From the NCBI GenBank assembly GCA_965116885.1, contig OZ220741.1:2272001-2336000 (forward strand): DNA of 64,000 bases, given 5' to 3'. Under the pieces are notes generated by a model that saw only the letters and a program-made list of their open reading frames with translations, ran no database searches and had not been told where the DNA came from. Shown here piece by piece: positions 26,617-37,108 of the stretch; within the stretch, counting starts at the first letter, position 1, and the number at the start of each line of letters is the position of its first letter. A program made the translations under genes and the position numbers. Origin of the DNA: Candidatus Latescibacterota bacterium. GTDB lineage: Bacteria; Latescibacterota; UBA2968.

Positions 26617-27132
26617 TCATTCGTGTTGTCCCATATAGAGCAGACGCCGTTTCTGATATCTTCTGGTATTGTTCAAGAAGCGCGCGATTTCGCCTTCTGA
26701 CAATGTGCGACGCGGTTTGGCGGGTACTCCGGCGACAAGTGTGCGCGGCGCGACCTCTGCGCCTTCCAATACCAGCGCGTGGGCAGCCACCAGTGCAGAT
26801 TCGCCCACTGCCGAGCCAGTTAACACGGTTGCTCCCATTCCAATGGTCACGCCCTGTTCTATTTGACAACCGTGCAAGATCGCATTGTGCCCCACGGTTA
26901 CATTTTTACCGACATTACAGGGATAGCCCGGGTCGGTATGCACGACAGTGCCGTCCTGGATATTCGATCCTTTACCGATTACAATGGGTTCAACATCGCC
27001 CCGAATCACGGCGTTGAACCAGATACTCGCGCGAGCACTGATTACCACATCGCCGATTACAACAGCACCGGGCGCGATATAAGCCGACGGATCTATGTGA
27101 GGGTTTTTGTCCTTATAAGGCAAAATTGTCAT
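26617..27132 (-). CDS. Gamma carbonic anhydrase family protein
   Basis: Hexapeptide repeats; IRGD, SNIQD..VH, VGH..ILHG zinc ligands. Confidence 0.92.
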   Translation of the reverse strand: MTILPYKDKNPHIDPSAYIAPGAVVIGDVVISARASIWFNAVIRGDVEPIVIGKGSNIQDGTVVHTDPGYPCNVGKNVTVGHNAILHGCQIEQGVTIGMGATVLTGSAVGESALVAAHALVLEGAEVAPRTLVAGVPAKPRRTLSEGEIARFLNNTRRYQKRRLLYMGQHE

Positions 27133-27136
27133 TGCG

Positions 27137-28096
27137 CTATCTCCGCTCGTCACCCTCAACAGGCCCCAGCGTGAATGTCTCGCCGCTTTGCGTGGCTCTG
27201 GCACCTGTCACCAGCCCGCTTACAAAACCAAAGATGCCAAAAATTGCTGCGGCCCAGATTGTTGTCTCTTTGACGTCGGCATTGGCCTGCCAGGCGGCAA
27301 GTGCCCCGGTTAATGCGCCCATTGCGGCACCTCCAATCCCCTGTAAAATTGCCCGTTCCATCGCTACTGTGCCGCGTTCCCCAAAGAATTGCACTTTGTG
27401 AATTTCATCTATAGGGACCTTTTGAACGTTCAATTCCGTCTCGATCAAAATGTTATTATCCTCATAGGCGGGCAAAAATTCGCCTTTGATTTGCTTTTGA
27501 TCCTTCAGGGTGACCATTCCGGGAAAGCGTGTTTGTATCCGAAAACGCACCCTGCGTTCTTCAAAAGAGATGGCATCCTCGGTATATTGCGGGTAAGTAT
27601 CGTCTATTTTGGAGGAGTCTGCAATTGTGTACTCGCCTTTTACGATTTCATCGAAGTGTTCGATGTATTCTCTCAAGCGGCGCAGATCATTTTCACTTTG
27701 CACATTCACCAGCCGCGTTTCAATGCGAGGACCTGATCGATACTGAATTTTTATGGCGAGTTTACCGTTGTCTTGTTTCATAAATTCGGCAAATTGAAAT
27801 CCCGCTACGCCCAGATGTAAGATCGAAAGATCTATTTTTTGGGTATAAATGGTTGCTCCCTGAAACAAAGCGTAGCGATTGCTTTCTTCTAAGTCGATTT
27901 GAGGACCCACCCGAGAGCTTAACATGATGCGCGTGCCCGATACCTGCCGCACATCGACAATCTCCCAGCCCTCATGTCCCAATTGGTAAATCCCGCGCTC
28001 GTATTGTGTTTTCTTTTCGCTTTCTGCTGCCCGAACAGGACAAACCGCAAGCAAAAAGCTCATCGCAGTGATTAATGAAATCGATTTTTTAATCAT
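27137..28096 (-). CDS. Hypothetical exported protein with C-terminal Gly-rich hydrophobic helices
   Basis: Signal peptide (VRA-A); glycine-zipper-like tail; SD GGAG. Confidence 0.7.
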   Translation of the reverse strand: MIKKSISLITAMSFLLAVCPVRAAESEKKTQYERGIYQLGHEGWEIVDVRQVSGTRIMLSSRVGPQIDLEESNRYALFQGATIYTQKIDLSILHLGVAGFQFAEFMKQDNGKLAIKIQYRSGPRIETRLVNVQSENDLRRLREYIEHFDEIVKGEYTIADSSKIDDTYPQYTEDAISFEERRVRFRIQTRFPGMVTLKDQKQIKGEFLPAYEDNNILIETELNVQKVPIDEIHKVQFFGERGTVAMERAILQGIGGAAMGALTGALAAWQANADVKETTIWAAAIFGIFGFVSGLVTGARATQSGETFTLGPVEGDERR

Positions 28097-28107
28097 AAAA
28101 TTCTCCT

Positions 28108-28728
28108 TTACTCACCACAGATTGCCTCGGAAATGCCATCTAAAATATATGGGCGATACTTGCGAAATTGCAGGCGGGGGTGAAACCATGTACCTTCGGG
28201 ATCTGCTGTGCCGGGGATCGGGACCATGCTGGTCAGATCAATTCTGGACAATGTCGCCTCTCCCAAAAACCATTCTGCAATTTGTCTGGCCGTGCGATTT
28301 GGCCGACCATTTTCGATGGTAATTTCTCTGTCCATAGGAAAAAATAGCGCGCCATCTCCCAACACAGATACATCGTTTTGATATGCCTGTGCGGCTTCGG
28401 TTATTTGGCCGGGTTCTGCTGTGACGACACCTGTTACACACGCAATATCCTCTTTGGATACCACGTCGCTAAATAGCGTGCGAATGCGATTTAGCAGACC
28501 GCCATAGTCATTTAAAAGATGTGATGACCGGGGGTTCACACCAGCTTGAAGAAGGCCCAGTGTATTGTAGCGCGAACACTCGGATACAAAATCGTCTTCG
28601 TTGTCAAATAGTCCCACGCCAATCAGATTTTCGTCATCCATCACATTGAGTTGCGTGAGGCCCAAATCTGGTTTGTGCTGAAGCAAATCGTAAAAACGCC
28701 GCACATCCCGTTCGTGAAAACGCTTCAT
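28108..28728 (-). CDS. Hypothetical protein, possibly a degenerate RepB'/AEP primase-like fold
   Basis: Overlaps the argH stop (ATGA); GVNPR and D..S...IPGT motifs. Confidence 0.6.
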   Translation of the reverse strand: MKRFHERDVRRFYDLLQHKPDLGLTQLNVMDDENLIGVGLFDNEDDFVSECSRYNTLGLLQAGVNPRSSHLLNDYGGLLNRIRTLFSDVVSKEDIACVTGVVTAEPGQITEAAQAYQNDVSVLGDGALFFPMDREITIENGRPNRTARQIAEWFLGEATLSRIDLTSMVPIPGTADPEGTWFHPRLQFRKYRPYILDGISEAICGE

Positions 28729-30134
28729 CCAGACGCCTCTCCATCGGTCAGCAAACGCCGCCCTGCTTCGATCTGTCTCAAAACAGAGTCGCGTCCTGTT
28801 CCGCCATCCAGATTGCGCTGTGCTGTACTGGCTTCTGCGGACAAAATTTCTTGTATATCGGTGTCGAATACTTCAGATGCTGCGCGCAATGTCGGCAGGT
28901 CCAATTCTTCCAATTTTTGTCCGCGCTCCAGAGCGGTTTTTACCAGTTCTCCAACGATGCGGTGACACCGGCGAAAAGGTACGCCTTTTCGCACCAGATA
29001 ATCGGCCAGATCGGTGGCTAAAATGGTGCCGTCTATGGCATTGGCCATCCGCTCGTCTTTAATTTTCATGGTCTGCCATACACCCGCAAAGACCGATAGA
29101 GACATCTGTACGGTTTCTGCGGTATCAAAGACGGGTTCTTTGTCTTCTTGCATGTCTTTGGCATAAGCCAGTGATACGCCCTTCATCACGGTGAGCAGAG
29201 ACATCAGATTGCCGTACACACGTCCGGTTTTGCCGCGTACCAATTCCAGTGAATCGGGGTTCTTTTTTTGCGGCATCATGCTCGATCCGGTGCTGAAGGC
29301 GTCGTCCAGTTCGACAAACCCAAATTCAGAAGATGACCAGATAATCAGGTCTTCGCAGAATCGGCTCAAGTGTGCCATCAAGATGGATGATGCCGATAAG
29401 TATTCGAGGAAATAATCGCGATCACTGACTGCATCGATGCTGTTTTCAGTGATGCGATCAAACCCCAGTTCCTCGCGCAAAAATTCTCGGTCAACGGGAT
29501 ATGCACTTCCCGCCAGTGCGCCCGATCCGAGGGGCATGGCATTTGCGCGTTTCCAACAGTCTTCAAATCGCGAGCGGTCGCGTGACAACATCCAGAACAG
29601 GGCCATAGCATAATGCGAAAACCGGATCGGTTGTGCCTGTTGGACGTGCGTATATCCCGGCATCAGGATATCGAGGTGTTCTTCAGCAACGTCTAATATT
29701 ACGCCCATTAACCGCTCGATCTGCACGAGGGTGTTGGCGACTGTTTCGCGCAAGAACAGACGCTCGTCCAGGGCGATTTGATCGTTGCGGCTGCGTCCCG
29801 TGTGAATTTTTGCGCCGGCATCGCCGATCAGTTCCGTCAAGCGCTTTTCCACTGCGGTGTGTATGTCTTCCAGATCATCCGTCAATGGCAAGGTGCCCGC
29901 GTCGAGTTCACGCGCCACACGATTTAGACCTTCGAGTACGCGTTCCAGTTCCTGTTTTGTTAAGACACCCATTCGGGACAATGCGCGGGCTTGCGCTCGG
30001 CTGCCTTCAATGTCCATTTTGTACAGACGCCGATCAAAACCAATGGATGCATTGAATTTTTCCATTAGTTTTTCAGTCGATCCCGCAAATCGCCCTCCCC
30101 AGAGCTTTTCGGATGATTTTGATGATTCATTCAT
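28725..30134 (-). CDS. argH: Argininosuccinate lyase
   Basis: KLWGGRF, HTGRSRNDQ, PGYTH..AQP, GSSMMPQKKNPD. Confidence 0.97.
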   Translation of the reverse strand: MNESSKSSEKLWGGRFAGSTEKLMEKFNASIGFDRRLYKMDIEGSRAQARALSRMGVLTKQELERVLEGLNRVARELDAGTLPLTDDLEDIHTAVEKRLTELIGDAGAKIHTGRSRNDQIALDERLFLRETVANTLVQIERLMGVILDVAEEHLDILMPGYTHVQQAQPIRFSHYAMALFWMLSRDRSRFEDCWKRANAMPLGSGALAGSAYPVDREFLREELGFDRITENSIDAVSDRDYFLEYLSASSILMAHLSRFCEDLIIWSSSEFGFVELDDAFSTGSSMMPQKKNPDSLELVRGKTGRVYGNLMSLLTVMKGVSLAYAKDMQEDKEPVFDTAETVQMSLSVFAGVWQTMKIKDERMANAIDGTILATDLADYLVRKGVPFRRCHRIVGELVKTALERGQKLEELDLPTLRAASEVFDTDIQEILSAEASTAQRNLDGGTGRDSVLRQIEAGRRLLTDGEASG

Positions 30135-30144
30135 GGCGTTGTAC

Positions 30145-31392
30145 CTACAGAGCACTTTGTCCTGCTGCGTGTTGGGCTTTTGCGCCGACGCCGAGTACGT
30201 TTAGGAAGCCTTCGGAATCGCGGTGGTCGTAGTCGCCGATGTCTTCCATTGAGGCGGTTTCTTCGGAATAGAGAGAGTGCGGCACATTTTCCGATGATTG
30301 AAATAATACCGTGCCTTTGTATGCGGCGACTGTTATCGTGCCCGTCAATAGCTTTGCTATGGGCGCGAGCGCGCCTTGCATCATTTGGGTGGATAGGTCG
30401 CAGTAATATCCCTGGTAGATTTGTTCGGCGAGGGATGAAGATATCGAATCGTAAAATTTTCGCGCGCGTCTGTCCAGAACTTGTTGGAGCAAGAACTCGT
30501 AACACGCGCCGAGCAGACAAAGCCCCGGGCTTTCATACACGCCGCGCGATTTGATGCCGACAAAGCGATTTTCTACGGTGTGAATCCCAATGCCCACGCC
30601 GTTTCGTCCGCCTACTTCATTGGCTTTTTGGATCGCGGTTACGGAATCGGTATCTGCGCCATTGATTTGTACCGGGAGGCCCGCGTCTATTCTGACGCTA
30701 AATGATTCGGGTTTGTCCGGCGCTTGTGCGGGGAATACGCCCATGCCCGGTTCGATAAAATCGGCTGCGACATCGAGGTATTCGAGTTTGCCCGCTTCGT
30801 GTGTGAGGCCCAGAAAGTTGGCGTCGGTAGAATAGGGTTTTTCGTACGTGGCTGTAATTGGCAAATTGTATGCATTGCAAAAATCGATCATTTCTTTGCG
30901 CCCGCCAAATATGTCGAGAAATGCGGGATCGCGCCAGGGAGCATATACGGTTACGCTGGGCTTGAGCATGTTGGCGACGAGTTGAAATCGCACCTGGTCG
31001 TTGCCGCGTCCGGTTGCGCCGTGCGCGAGTACGTCGATATTGCGCCGGTCCATTTCCTCCAATAATCCCCGCGTGGTGACATAGCGCGCGATGCCCGTTG
31101 TATTCCAATATCCGCCTTCGTAACGCGCTTGTCCAATCAGCATTGCTATGCCCGCTTCTGCCAGGTCGGTTTTTAGATCGATCAGCACGGCTTCACGCGC
31201 GCCACAGGCGAGCATGCGTTTGGATATGTCATCGATATTTTCCTCATCGGGTTGTCCGATATCGGCGGTTAAACTCACGACATTTACGCCGCGATCAGCC
31301 AGCCATTTTGTCACGGTGCAACTGTCCAATCCTCCCGAGGATGCCAGTGCTACTGTTTTTCCACGCAGTTCATTAAGCGTCATAGTTTTCAT
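30145..31392 (-). CDS. argG: Argininosuccinate synthase
   Basis: SGGLDS, HGATGRGNDQVRF, YSTDAN, VENRFVGIKSRGVYESPG. Confidence 0.96.
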   Translation of the reverse strand: MKTMTLNELRGKTVALASSGGLDSCTVTKWLADRGVNVVSLTADIGQPDEENIDDISKRMLACGAREAVLIDLKTDLAEAGIAMLIGQARYEGGYWNTTGIARYVTTRGLLEEMDRRNIDVLAHGATGRGNDQVRFQLVANMLKPSVTVYAPWRDPAFLDIFGGRKEMIDFCNAYNLPITATYEKPYSTDANFLGLTHEAGKLEYLDVAADFIEPGMGVFPAQAPDKPESFSVRIDAGLPVQINGADTDSVTAIQKANEVGGRNGVGIGIHTVENRFVGIKSRGVYESPGLCLLGACYEFLLQQVLDRRARKFYDSISSSLAEQIYQGYYCDLSTQMMQGALAPIAKLLTGTITVAAYKGTVLFQSSENVPHSLYSEETASMEDIGDYDHRDSEGFLNVLGVGAKAQHAAGQSAL

Positions 31393-32243
31393 CCTTCATC
31401 TAAAGAAAATCCTGCACTATTCAGTAAATCTATCACATTCTCGCGTGCGTGTCGGATGCGAATGTCGATTTCTTCAGCGGTAAAATCGCCACCCGTGCCG
31501 TTTACGCGCTCGACGACCACTGGGCCGTCAAAGCCCGCTTCGAATGCTGTGGCAAAGATGCGCTCAAAATCTACATCTCCTTCACCGGGAATGGGGAAGT
31601 TGTTTTCTGCTTTGGGGCCAATGTGATCTTTGGCGATTATTTTACAGGTTTGGGCTGCAATATGGGGAAAATCGTCTTCGGGAGATATGCCTTCGTAATA
31701 ATGGACATTTCCCGGGTCGTAACAGGCTCGCACCGAGGTCCGATCAATTTCGGGGAGAAGGCGGGCGAGGTGTTTTGCGGTCGCGGTATTGCCCGTATGC
31801 GGTTTGGGGGCGAGGATAATGTTTTGATTTTGTGCATGGGTTCCCGCTTCTTTCATGTCTGCGACATAGGCTTCATGGGCAGATTGAAAGACTTCGGGGG
31901 CGAGTGGTTCATGGGGAAAACGCCGGTATCCGCCCACGCCTGCCATCTGAATTGTTTCGGCGCCGAGTGCCCGACACACATCAATTCTGCGCATCAGATA
32001 ACGCGCGTTATCTCTTGCCGGGGTGGATCCAAGCCCGATTACGACAGGGGTTAAACCCGCTTGTTCGCACAGGGTCTTTGTGCGATGTACGAGCGGACCA
32101 TCGGGATCAAAACCGAGCGTATCTTCGCCTTCGTGCGACCAGCCCAGACCCACATAGGAATATCCCGCGCGGGCAACGCCTTCAATTCCTCTTTCGAGGG
32201 AGAATTTTGAATAAGGAAGTGTGAGACAGACGAGTTTGGCCAA
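31389..32243 (-). CDS. Sugar phosphate isomerase/epimerase (xylose isomerase-like TIM barrel)
   Basis: KPH, YDPGN, AKDH, PGEGDVDF, GPVVVE; TTG start with GGAGG SD. Confidence 0.85.
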   Translation of the reverse strand: MAKLVCLTLPYSKFSLERGIEGVARAGYSYVGLGWSHEGEDTLGFDPDGPLVHRTKTLCEQAGLTPVVIGLGSTPARDNARYLMRRIDVCRALGAETIQMAGVGGYRRFPHEPLAPEVFQSAHEAYVADMKEAGTHAQNQNIILAPKPHTGNTATAKHLARLLPEIDRTSVRACYDPGNVHYYEGISPEDDFPHIAAQTCKIIAKDHIGPKAENNFPIPGEGDVDFERIFATAFEAGFDGPVVVERVNGTGGDFTAEEIDIRIRHARENVIDLLNSAGFSLDEG

Positions 32244-32261
32244 AAGAGACCTCCACAGGTG

Positions 32262-32804
32262 TTAGTCGTTTTTTCGCGTTATAAATAGTGCGAGAAATCC
32301 GGGTAAAAAGGCGATGGTCCAGGAAAGCAACTTATAGACATAATGAGGCCCGCCGAGCGCGTGACGGGTCCATATACCTAAAATCAAGAAGGCGAGACCA
32401 GAAGCCGCGGCGGCGAGGATACCCCGGAGCAATGTGCGTTTCAGGCTTTCGGAGATGGTGTTCACCCACCAGTGGAGCAGGGCTGCGAGGATCCACAGTT
32501 CCATCCACGCGACGACTATTGCATTAGCGCGAATGAACGGGCGCAAGAGGTAATATCCACCAGCGGATAATATGCCAAGGACGAGGCCACCGAGTGCGCC
32601 CAGCAAGATCGTTTGTGTCGTTTTGCCGCTGTAGCCGAGGACAGCACCCAGACAGAGGCACAAGAGTGCGCCGTGAAGGATGCCGGCGAACATGCGGTGT
32701 TTGATCCCGTGGTGCGCCCACAAGAAATCGCCCAGTGTGCTGAGTGCGGCGAGTATGATCGCGGCGACGAGTGCGCGTAATATTCCGTTGAATTGAATAG
32801 TCAT
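32262..32804 (-). CDS. Integral membrane protein of unknown function
   Basis: About six hydrophobic helices. Confidence 0.75.
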   Translation of the reverse strand: MTIQFNGILRALVAAIILAALSTLGDFLWAHHGIKHRMFAGILHGALLCLCLGAVLGYSGKTTQTILLGALGGLVLGILSAGGYYLLRPFIRANAIVVAWMELWILAALLHWWVNTISESLKRTLLRGILAAAASGLAFLILGIWTRHALGGPHYVYKLLSWTIAFLPGFLALFITRKND

Positions 32805-32820
32805 GAGATCCTCCAGAGAT

Positions 32821-34212
32821 TTATTCCCGATACGCGGGATTGGGCGTGGGTATCACAGCGCCAGCATCTGTCAGGAATTGGTCGATAAGGTCATTCAATT
32901 CAGATACGCGGTCGGGATATTCGTCTGTCAGATTATTTGTCTCGCCAATGTCTTCCGCCAAATTGTAGAGTTCTACGCGGTCGGTCTGGTCGTCGTTGTC
33001 GCAATAGAATCGGATGAGTTTCCAATCGCCTTTGCGAACATAAGTCGATGGCAGGCCATCTGCTGCCGGCGTATAGTGCGGAAAGTGACAGAAGATGGTG
33101 TCCCGATCAAGGATTTCGCCGCGGAGTGCGGGTGCAAAACTGATGCCGTCAACCGATTTGGGGGCGTCGAGGCCGCAGAGTTCGGTCAGGGTGGGGAAGA
33201 AATCGATGCTCTGTACGATTGCCTGGTCGTTGCGGGTACCCGCTTCAATATGATTGGGCCACGCGACAATCAGTGGTTCGCGGGTGCCGCCTTCGTAGGT
33301 ATTTGCCTTTCCGCCTCTTAAGGGCGCGTTGCTCGTGATGGGCACATCGACATAATCGGGATGGACGTGTTCTTTCGCGCTCCAGTGTACTCCGCCATTG
33401 TCCGAAAAGAAGATCACGATGGTATTGTCTAAAATCCCCTCTTCTTCAAGTGTTCCCATTAATTGCCCTACCGCGTCGTCCATTGTTTCAACCATGGCTG
33501 CGTAAACGGGATTGTGCTGGGGGTCTTCGATATCGACTTTTTGCGCGTATTTTTCTATTACATCCTGTTTGGCGTGCCATGGAGAATGTACGGAAAATTG
33601 CCAGAATTGGAGATAAAAAGGTGTGTCTTTGTTTTCTCGAATAAATTCAATGGCTTCCAGCGCCATGCGATCTTCCAGGTGTTCACCCGGTTCGCCCTTG
33701 TTGGGATAGACTTTCCACGGCGCAAACCAGCCATCGGCCAATGGGCTGGGGGCAGGTGTGTGTGGGATGTCGATGTCGAATCCATGCTCAAACGGGCTAT
33801 AAGGCTCTGCGCCCAGGTGCCATTTCCCAATGTGCGCGGTTTTGTATCCGGCATCGCGAAATACCGATGATAGAGTTTGGTATTCCGTGCTCAAGCGGGT
33901 GACGCTTTGTGCGATCAGGGCTTTGTTATGGGGCGGTCCTTTTTCGTTTAAAGAGGATTCGAGTACAATGCGGTCCAGATGGCATCCCGGCGTTGTAATG
34001 CCGACGCGGGCGGGCCACAAGCCCGTCATGATGCTCGCGCGAGTGGGCGAACACAGCGGGTTGGCGGCGTACGCATTGGTAAACATCATGCCGCCCTCGG
34101 CAAGGGCGTCGATGTTTGGGGTTTTGCAAAATGCGCTGCCGTATAACGATGTATCGCGCCAGCCCAGGTCGTCTGCGAGAATGAATAATACATTTGGTTT
34201 TTTGTTAGGCAT
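32821..34212 (-). CDS. Cys-type (FGly) sulfatase, no signal peptide
   Basis: ADDLG, CSPTRASIMTG, GKWHLG, SDNGG, YEGG. Confidence 0.95.
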   Translation of the reverse strand: MPNKKPNVLFILADDLGWRDTSLYGSAFCKTPNIDALAEGGMMFTNAYAANPLCSPTRASIMTGLWPARVGITTPGCHLDRIVLESSLNEKGPPHNKALIAQSVTRLSTEYQTLSSVFRDAGYKTAHIGKWHLGAEPYSPFEHGFDIDIPHTPAPSPLADGWFAPWKVYPNKGEPGEHLEDRMALEAIEFIRENKDTPFYLQFWQFSVHSPWHAKQDVIEKYAQKVDIEDPQHNPVYAAMVETMDDAVGQLMGTLEEEGILDNTIVIFFSDNGGVHWSAKEHVHPDYVDVPITSNAPLRGGKANTYEGGTREPLIVAWPNHIEAGTRNDQAIVQSIDFFPTLTELCGLDAPKSVDGISFAPALRGEILDRDTIFCHFPHYTPAADGLPSTYVRKGDWKLIRFYCDNDDQTDRVELYNLAEDIGETNNLTDEYPDRVSELNDLIDQFLTDAGAVIPTPNPAYRE

Positions 34213-34226
34213 AAGATCCCTCTATT

Positions 34227-35372
34227 TCAGACTTTATCAATTCCTTCTTGGGTTTCGGCGATCAGCAGATCGACAACGTCGCGCAATGCCTCTATTTCAG
34301 TGGCACCCTCCAGGAGGCGGATGCGAAAATGGTCAACCTGTCGATCCGCGCTGCTGCCGTCGCGGATGATTTCGGATACGCGGTGCAACTCTTTTTCGCA
34401 GCCGAGTGCGCGGGCGTCTTCGGCTAATTGTTCAATTAATCCGCGTGCGTAGTCGTCGATGTCCATGCGCCCGCCGTCGTGTGTATCACCCAGGAATGCA
34501 AATACCCCGTAGCGCTGTGCAAGCCAGCGATTCTCGGCGATGATCTCGGTGCGCGGCTCAGGGGGCAGGGTATCTGCCCGCGCCTGCCGCAGCAGCATCC
34601 GGATGAGGGATGCGTAGAGTGCGACTATGCATACTGCGTCTTCAACGCGCGAACAGGTGTCACAGATGCGTATTTCCACTGTTGGATAAGCGTTGCCGGG
34701 ACGGATGTCCCACCAGAGTTCGCTGCCGTCTCCGATGAAGTTCAGGCGCTGGTAGTCCTTTACGAGTTGCTCGTATTCGGCTTGAGAGTGCAGGGGACCG
34801 GGAAGGCCAGTGCGCGGGAGGGCACTGAACAGGTTCAGGCGATAGGACTTGAATCCTGTGAGGTGCCCACCGCTGAACGGCGATGAGGTGGAGAGTGCAT
34901 GGAGCAGGGGCAGGTACCGGCGAAGTGCGGTCATGACGCGGATGCGTTCATCAGAATTACCGAAGCTGGCGTGGATGTGCATGCCCCCGATGAGCAGCCG
35001 CCGCACGGATTCCTGGTATGTGACTTCAAATTCCTCATAGCGCTTTTGTGGTGTGGGCGTCTGTGCTGACCACGACGCGAAGGGATGGGTGGAGGCAGCC
35101 ATCAATGCGGCACCGTACTGTGCAGCGGTCTCAATGACTATCCGGCGGGTTTCCATCAGTGACGTGCGGACTTCGGCTATTGATGTGCAGACGTGGGTGT
35201 TGGTCTCTATTTGGGAGCGCAGAAATTCTGTCACGACCTTGTGCGGTCCGCTGTTCTGTTCGCAAACGGTGAGGATGCCCGGGTCGGGATCGGCAACGAG
35301 GTCGCGAGTTTTGGGGTCAACGAGAAAGAATTCTTCTTCGACGCCGAGGGTGATTTTGAGGTCTTTGTCCAT
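34227..35372 (-). CDS. Carboxylate-amine ligase, YbdK/GCS2 family
   Basis: TLGVEEEF, QIE, GMHIH, SSPF, WWDIRP..YPTVEIRICD. Confidence 0.93.
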   Translation of the reverse strand: MDKDLKITLGVEEEFFLVDPKTRDLVADPDPGILTVCEQNSGPHKVVTEFLRSQIETNTHVCTSIAEVRTSLMETRRIVIETAAQYGAALMAASTHPFASWSAQTPTPQKRYEEFEVTYQESVRRLLIGGMHIHASFGNSDERIRVMTALRRYLPLLHALSTSSPFSGGHLTGFKSYRLNLFSALPRTGLPGPLHSQAEYEQLVKDYQRLNFIGDGSELWWDIRPGNAYPTVEIRICDTCSRVEDAVCIVALYASLIRMLLRQARADTLPPEPRTEIIAENRWLAQRYGVFAFLGDTHDGGRMDIDDYARGLIEQLAEDARALGCEKELHRVSEIIRDGSSADRQVDHFRIRLLEGATEIEALRDVVDLLIAETQEGIDKV

Positions 35373-35383
35373 ATTGGGCCTTT

Positions 35384-36079
35384 TTATGCAATTGATTCGG
35401 CCAATTCTGTAAAATTAGCGACTGTTATATCTGTGCGATATGGGGAGTCTTCATAGGGCAGGTTATAGCGGTTTACATAAGCACCTCGCAGACCGCACGC
35501 ACGGGCACCTACCACGTCAAATGAGTTGGCCGATACCATCATGCATTCGCCTACTTCCAGTCCCAGGATTTGCGCGGCGCGGCGATAGACGGCGGGATGC
35601 GGCTTGAATGCGCCCATTGTGGTTACGGAGATGACGGCGTCAAAATCCCATTGAATCCGGTTTTTCGCCAGGTGATCGAGAAAGGCGGGATCGCCGTTGG
35701 ATAGGCCGACGAGTTTGTAACGTGCAGCCAGTTTTTCCAGCCCTGCTCTGACTTCGGGAAAGGGGGACAGTTCTTGCCAGCAGGTGAGAAATGTCTGTAC
35801 TTCCTTTTTTGACATTTCAATTTTATTCAGGGCGAGTACATATACAAACGCCCGCCGCACTGTTTCCAGGTAGCCTCCGTGTCCGAGCATCATGATTGTG
35901 TCCTGAAATTGCTCCAGGCGCTGACGATAACGCCATTGCTGCCAGAACTGTTCTGCTGTGGTGTCGGCTCCTTTCTCTCGCAACATGTCGGCGATAAATG
36001 GGGTCAAACTTCCACCCAGATCCAAAATCGTGCCAAATAGGTCAAATGTCAATGCCTGTACTTGTTCAAATTTTGCCAT
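35384..36079 (-). CDS. Haloacid dehalogenase type II (HAD)
   Basis: FDLFGT, LSNG, FKPHP, VSANSFDV.GA. Confidence 0.9.
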   Translation of the reverse strand: MAKFEQVQALTFDLFGTILDLGGSLTPFIADMLREKGADTTAEQFWQQWRYRQRLEQFQDTIMMLGHGGYLETVRRAFVYVLALNKIEMSKKEVQTFLTCWQELSPFPEVRAGLEKLAARYKLVGLSNGDPAFLDHLAKNRIQWDFDAVISVTTMGAFKPHPAVYRRAAQILGLEVGECMMVSANSFDVVGARACGLRGAYVNRYNLPYEDSPYRTDITVANFTELAESIA

Positions 36080-36090
36080 TGAGGCCTCCG

Positions 36091-37095
36091 TCAACTATAT
36101 CCCTGTACTTCTACTTTTTCACCTGTGCGCGCAGATTCATGGGCGGCGAGGGAAATCGCAATGGTGCGCCGACCGTCCAGGCCGTTGGACTGCGGTTGTT
36201 CGCCTGTTCGGATACAGTTTAAAAAATAGGTCATTTCTTCCAGCAGACCATTGTTCCGCTCATAAGTCAGGTGTTCGGGTTTTTCGCCTATTCGGTTGAG
36301 TGTGAGTTGCGCGCCTGTTCCACTGGTAATTTTTACTGAGCCTTCGGTGCCAGCCACGCCCAGTTCATAGCTTCCACCCGGATAAATTCGGCTGCTGCTC
36401 AAGGATCCGATTGCGCCTGAACTGAATTCCAGATTGATAAAGATACTTTCCTCTACGGTGTTATCCGACGCATCGTCGGATCGCATCACAGCCTGGACAG
36501 CGCGCACTTCGCCAGCCATCCAGGTGAGTTGATCCAGTTCGTGGCTGTGCATTGAAAAAAGCCCGCCGTATCTCTCCCGATCCAATTGCCATCCCGCCAC
36601 GCCTCCAGGTGCTCCTGTGCCCAATCGCACGGTATGCGCCATGCGCACCTCGCCAATTCGTCCTTTATCGATTAATTGTTTCATTTCGCGGTAGGCATTT
36701 TGAAATCGCCGCACATATCCGATCATTAAAAAGACACCGGCTTGATCAGCCGCTTCAATCATTGCGTCGCAATCTTCAACTGTGAGTGCCATTGGTTTTT
36801 CGCAGAAGACATGCGCGCCTGCTGTGGCGGCATCAACTGTAATGGGGCTGTGTACAAAATTGGGTGTTACGACGAGTACGGCGTCTGGGGATTGCGCCGA
36901 TAGCATGGTTTGGTGATCGTCGTAAACCGCTGGTTGGGACGCGAGTTTGCCGGATAGAGCCTCTGCCGAATCCCGTTCATGATCGCAAACTGCCACCAGT
37001 TCTGCGCCTTCTATGCTCTCTACGTTGGCGGCGTGACGCGATCCCAATCCCCCACAGCCGACGAGTCCTATTTTGAGTGTTTGATCTGACGCCAT
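36091..37095 (-). CDS. Gfo/Idh/MocA oxidoreductase
   Basis: GCGGLG, CEKPMA, HELD. Confidence 0.92.
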   Translation of the reverse strand: MASDQTLKIGLVGCGGLGSRHAANVESIEGAELVAVCDHERDSAEALSGKLASQPAVYDDHQTMLSAQSPDAVLVVTPNFVHSPITVDAATAGAHVFCEKPMALTVEDCDAMIEAADQAGVFLMIGYVRRFQNAYREMKQLIDKGRIGEVRMAHTVRLGTGAPGGVAGWQLDRERYGGLFSMHSHELDQLTWMAGEVRAVQAVMRSDDASDNTVEESIFINLEFSSGAIGSLSSSRIYPGGSYELGVAGTEGSVKITSGTGAQLTLNRIGEKPEHLTYERNNGLLEEMTYFLNCIRTGEQPQSNGLDGRRTIAISLAAHESARTGEKVEVQGYS

Positions 37096-37108
37096 GTGGC
37101 ATCTCCTC

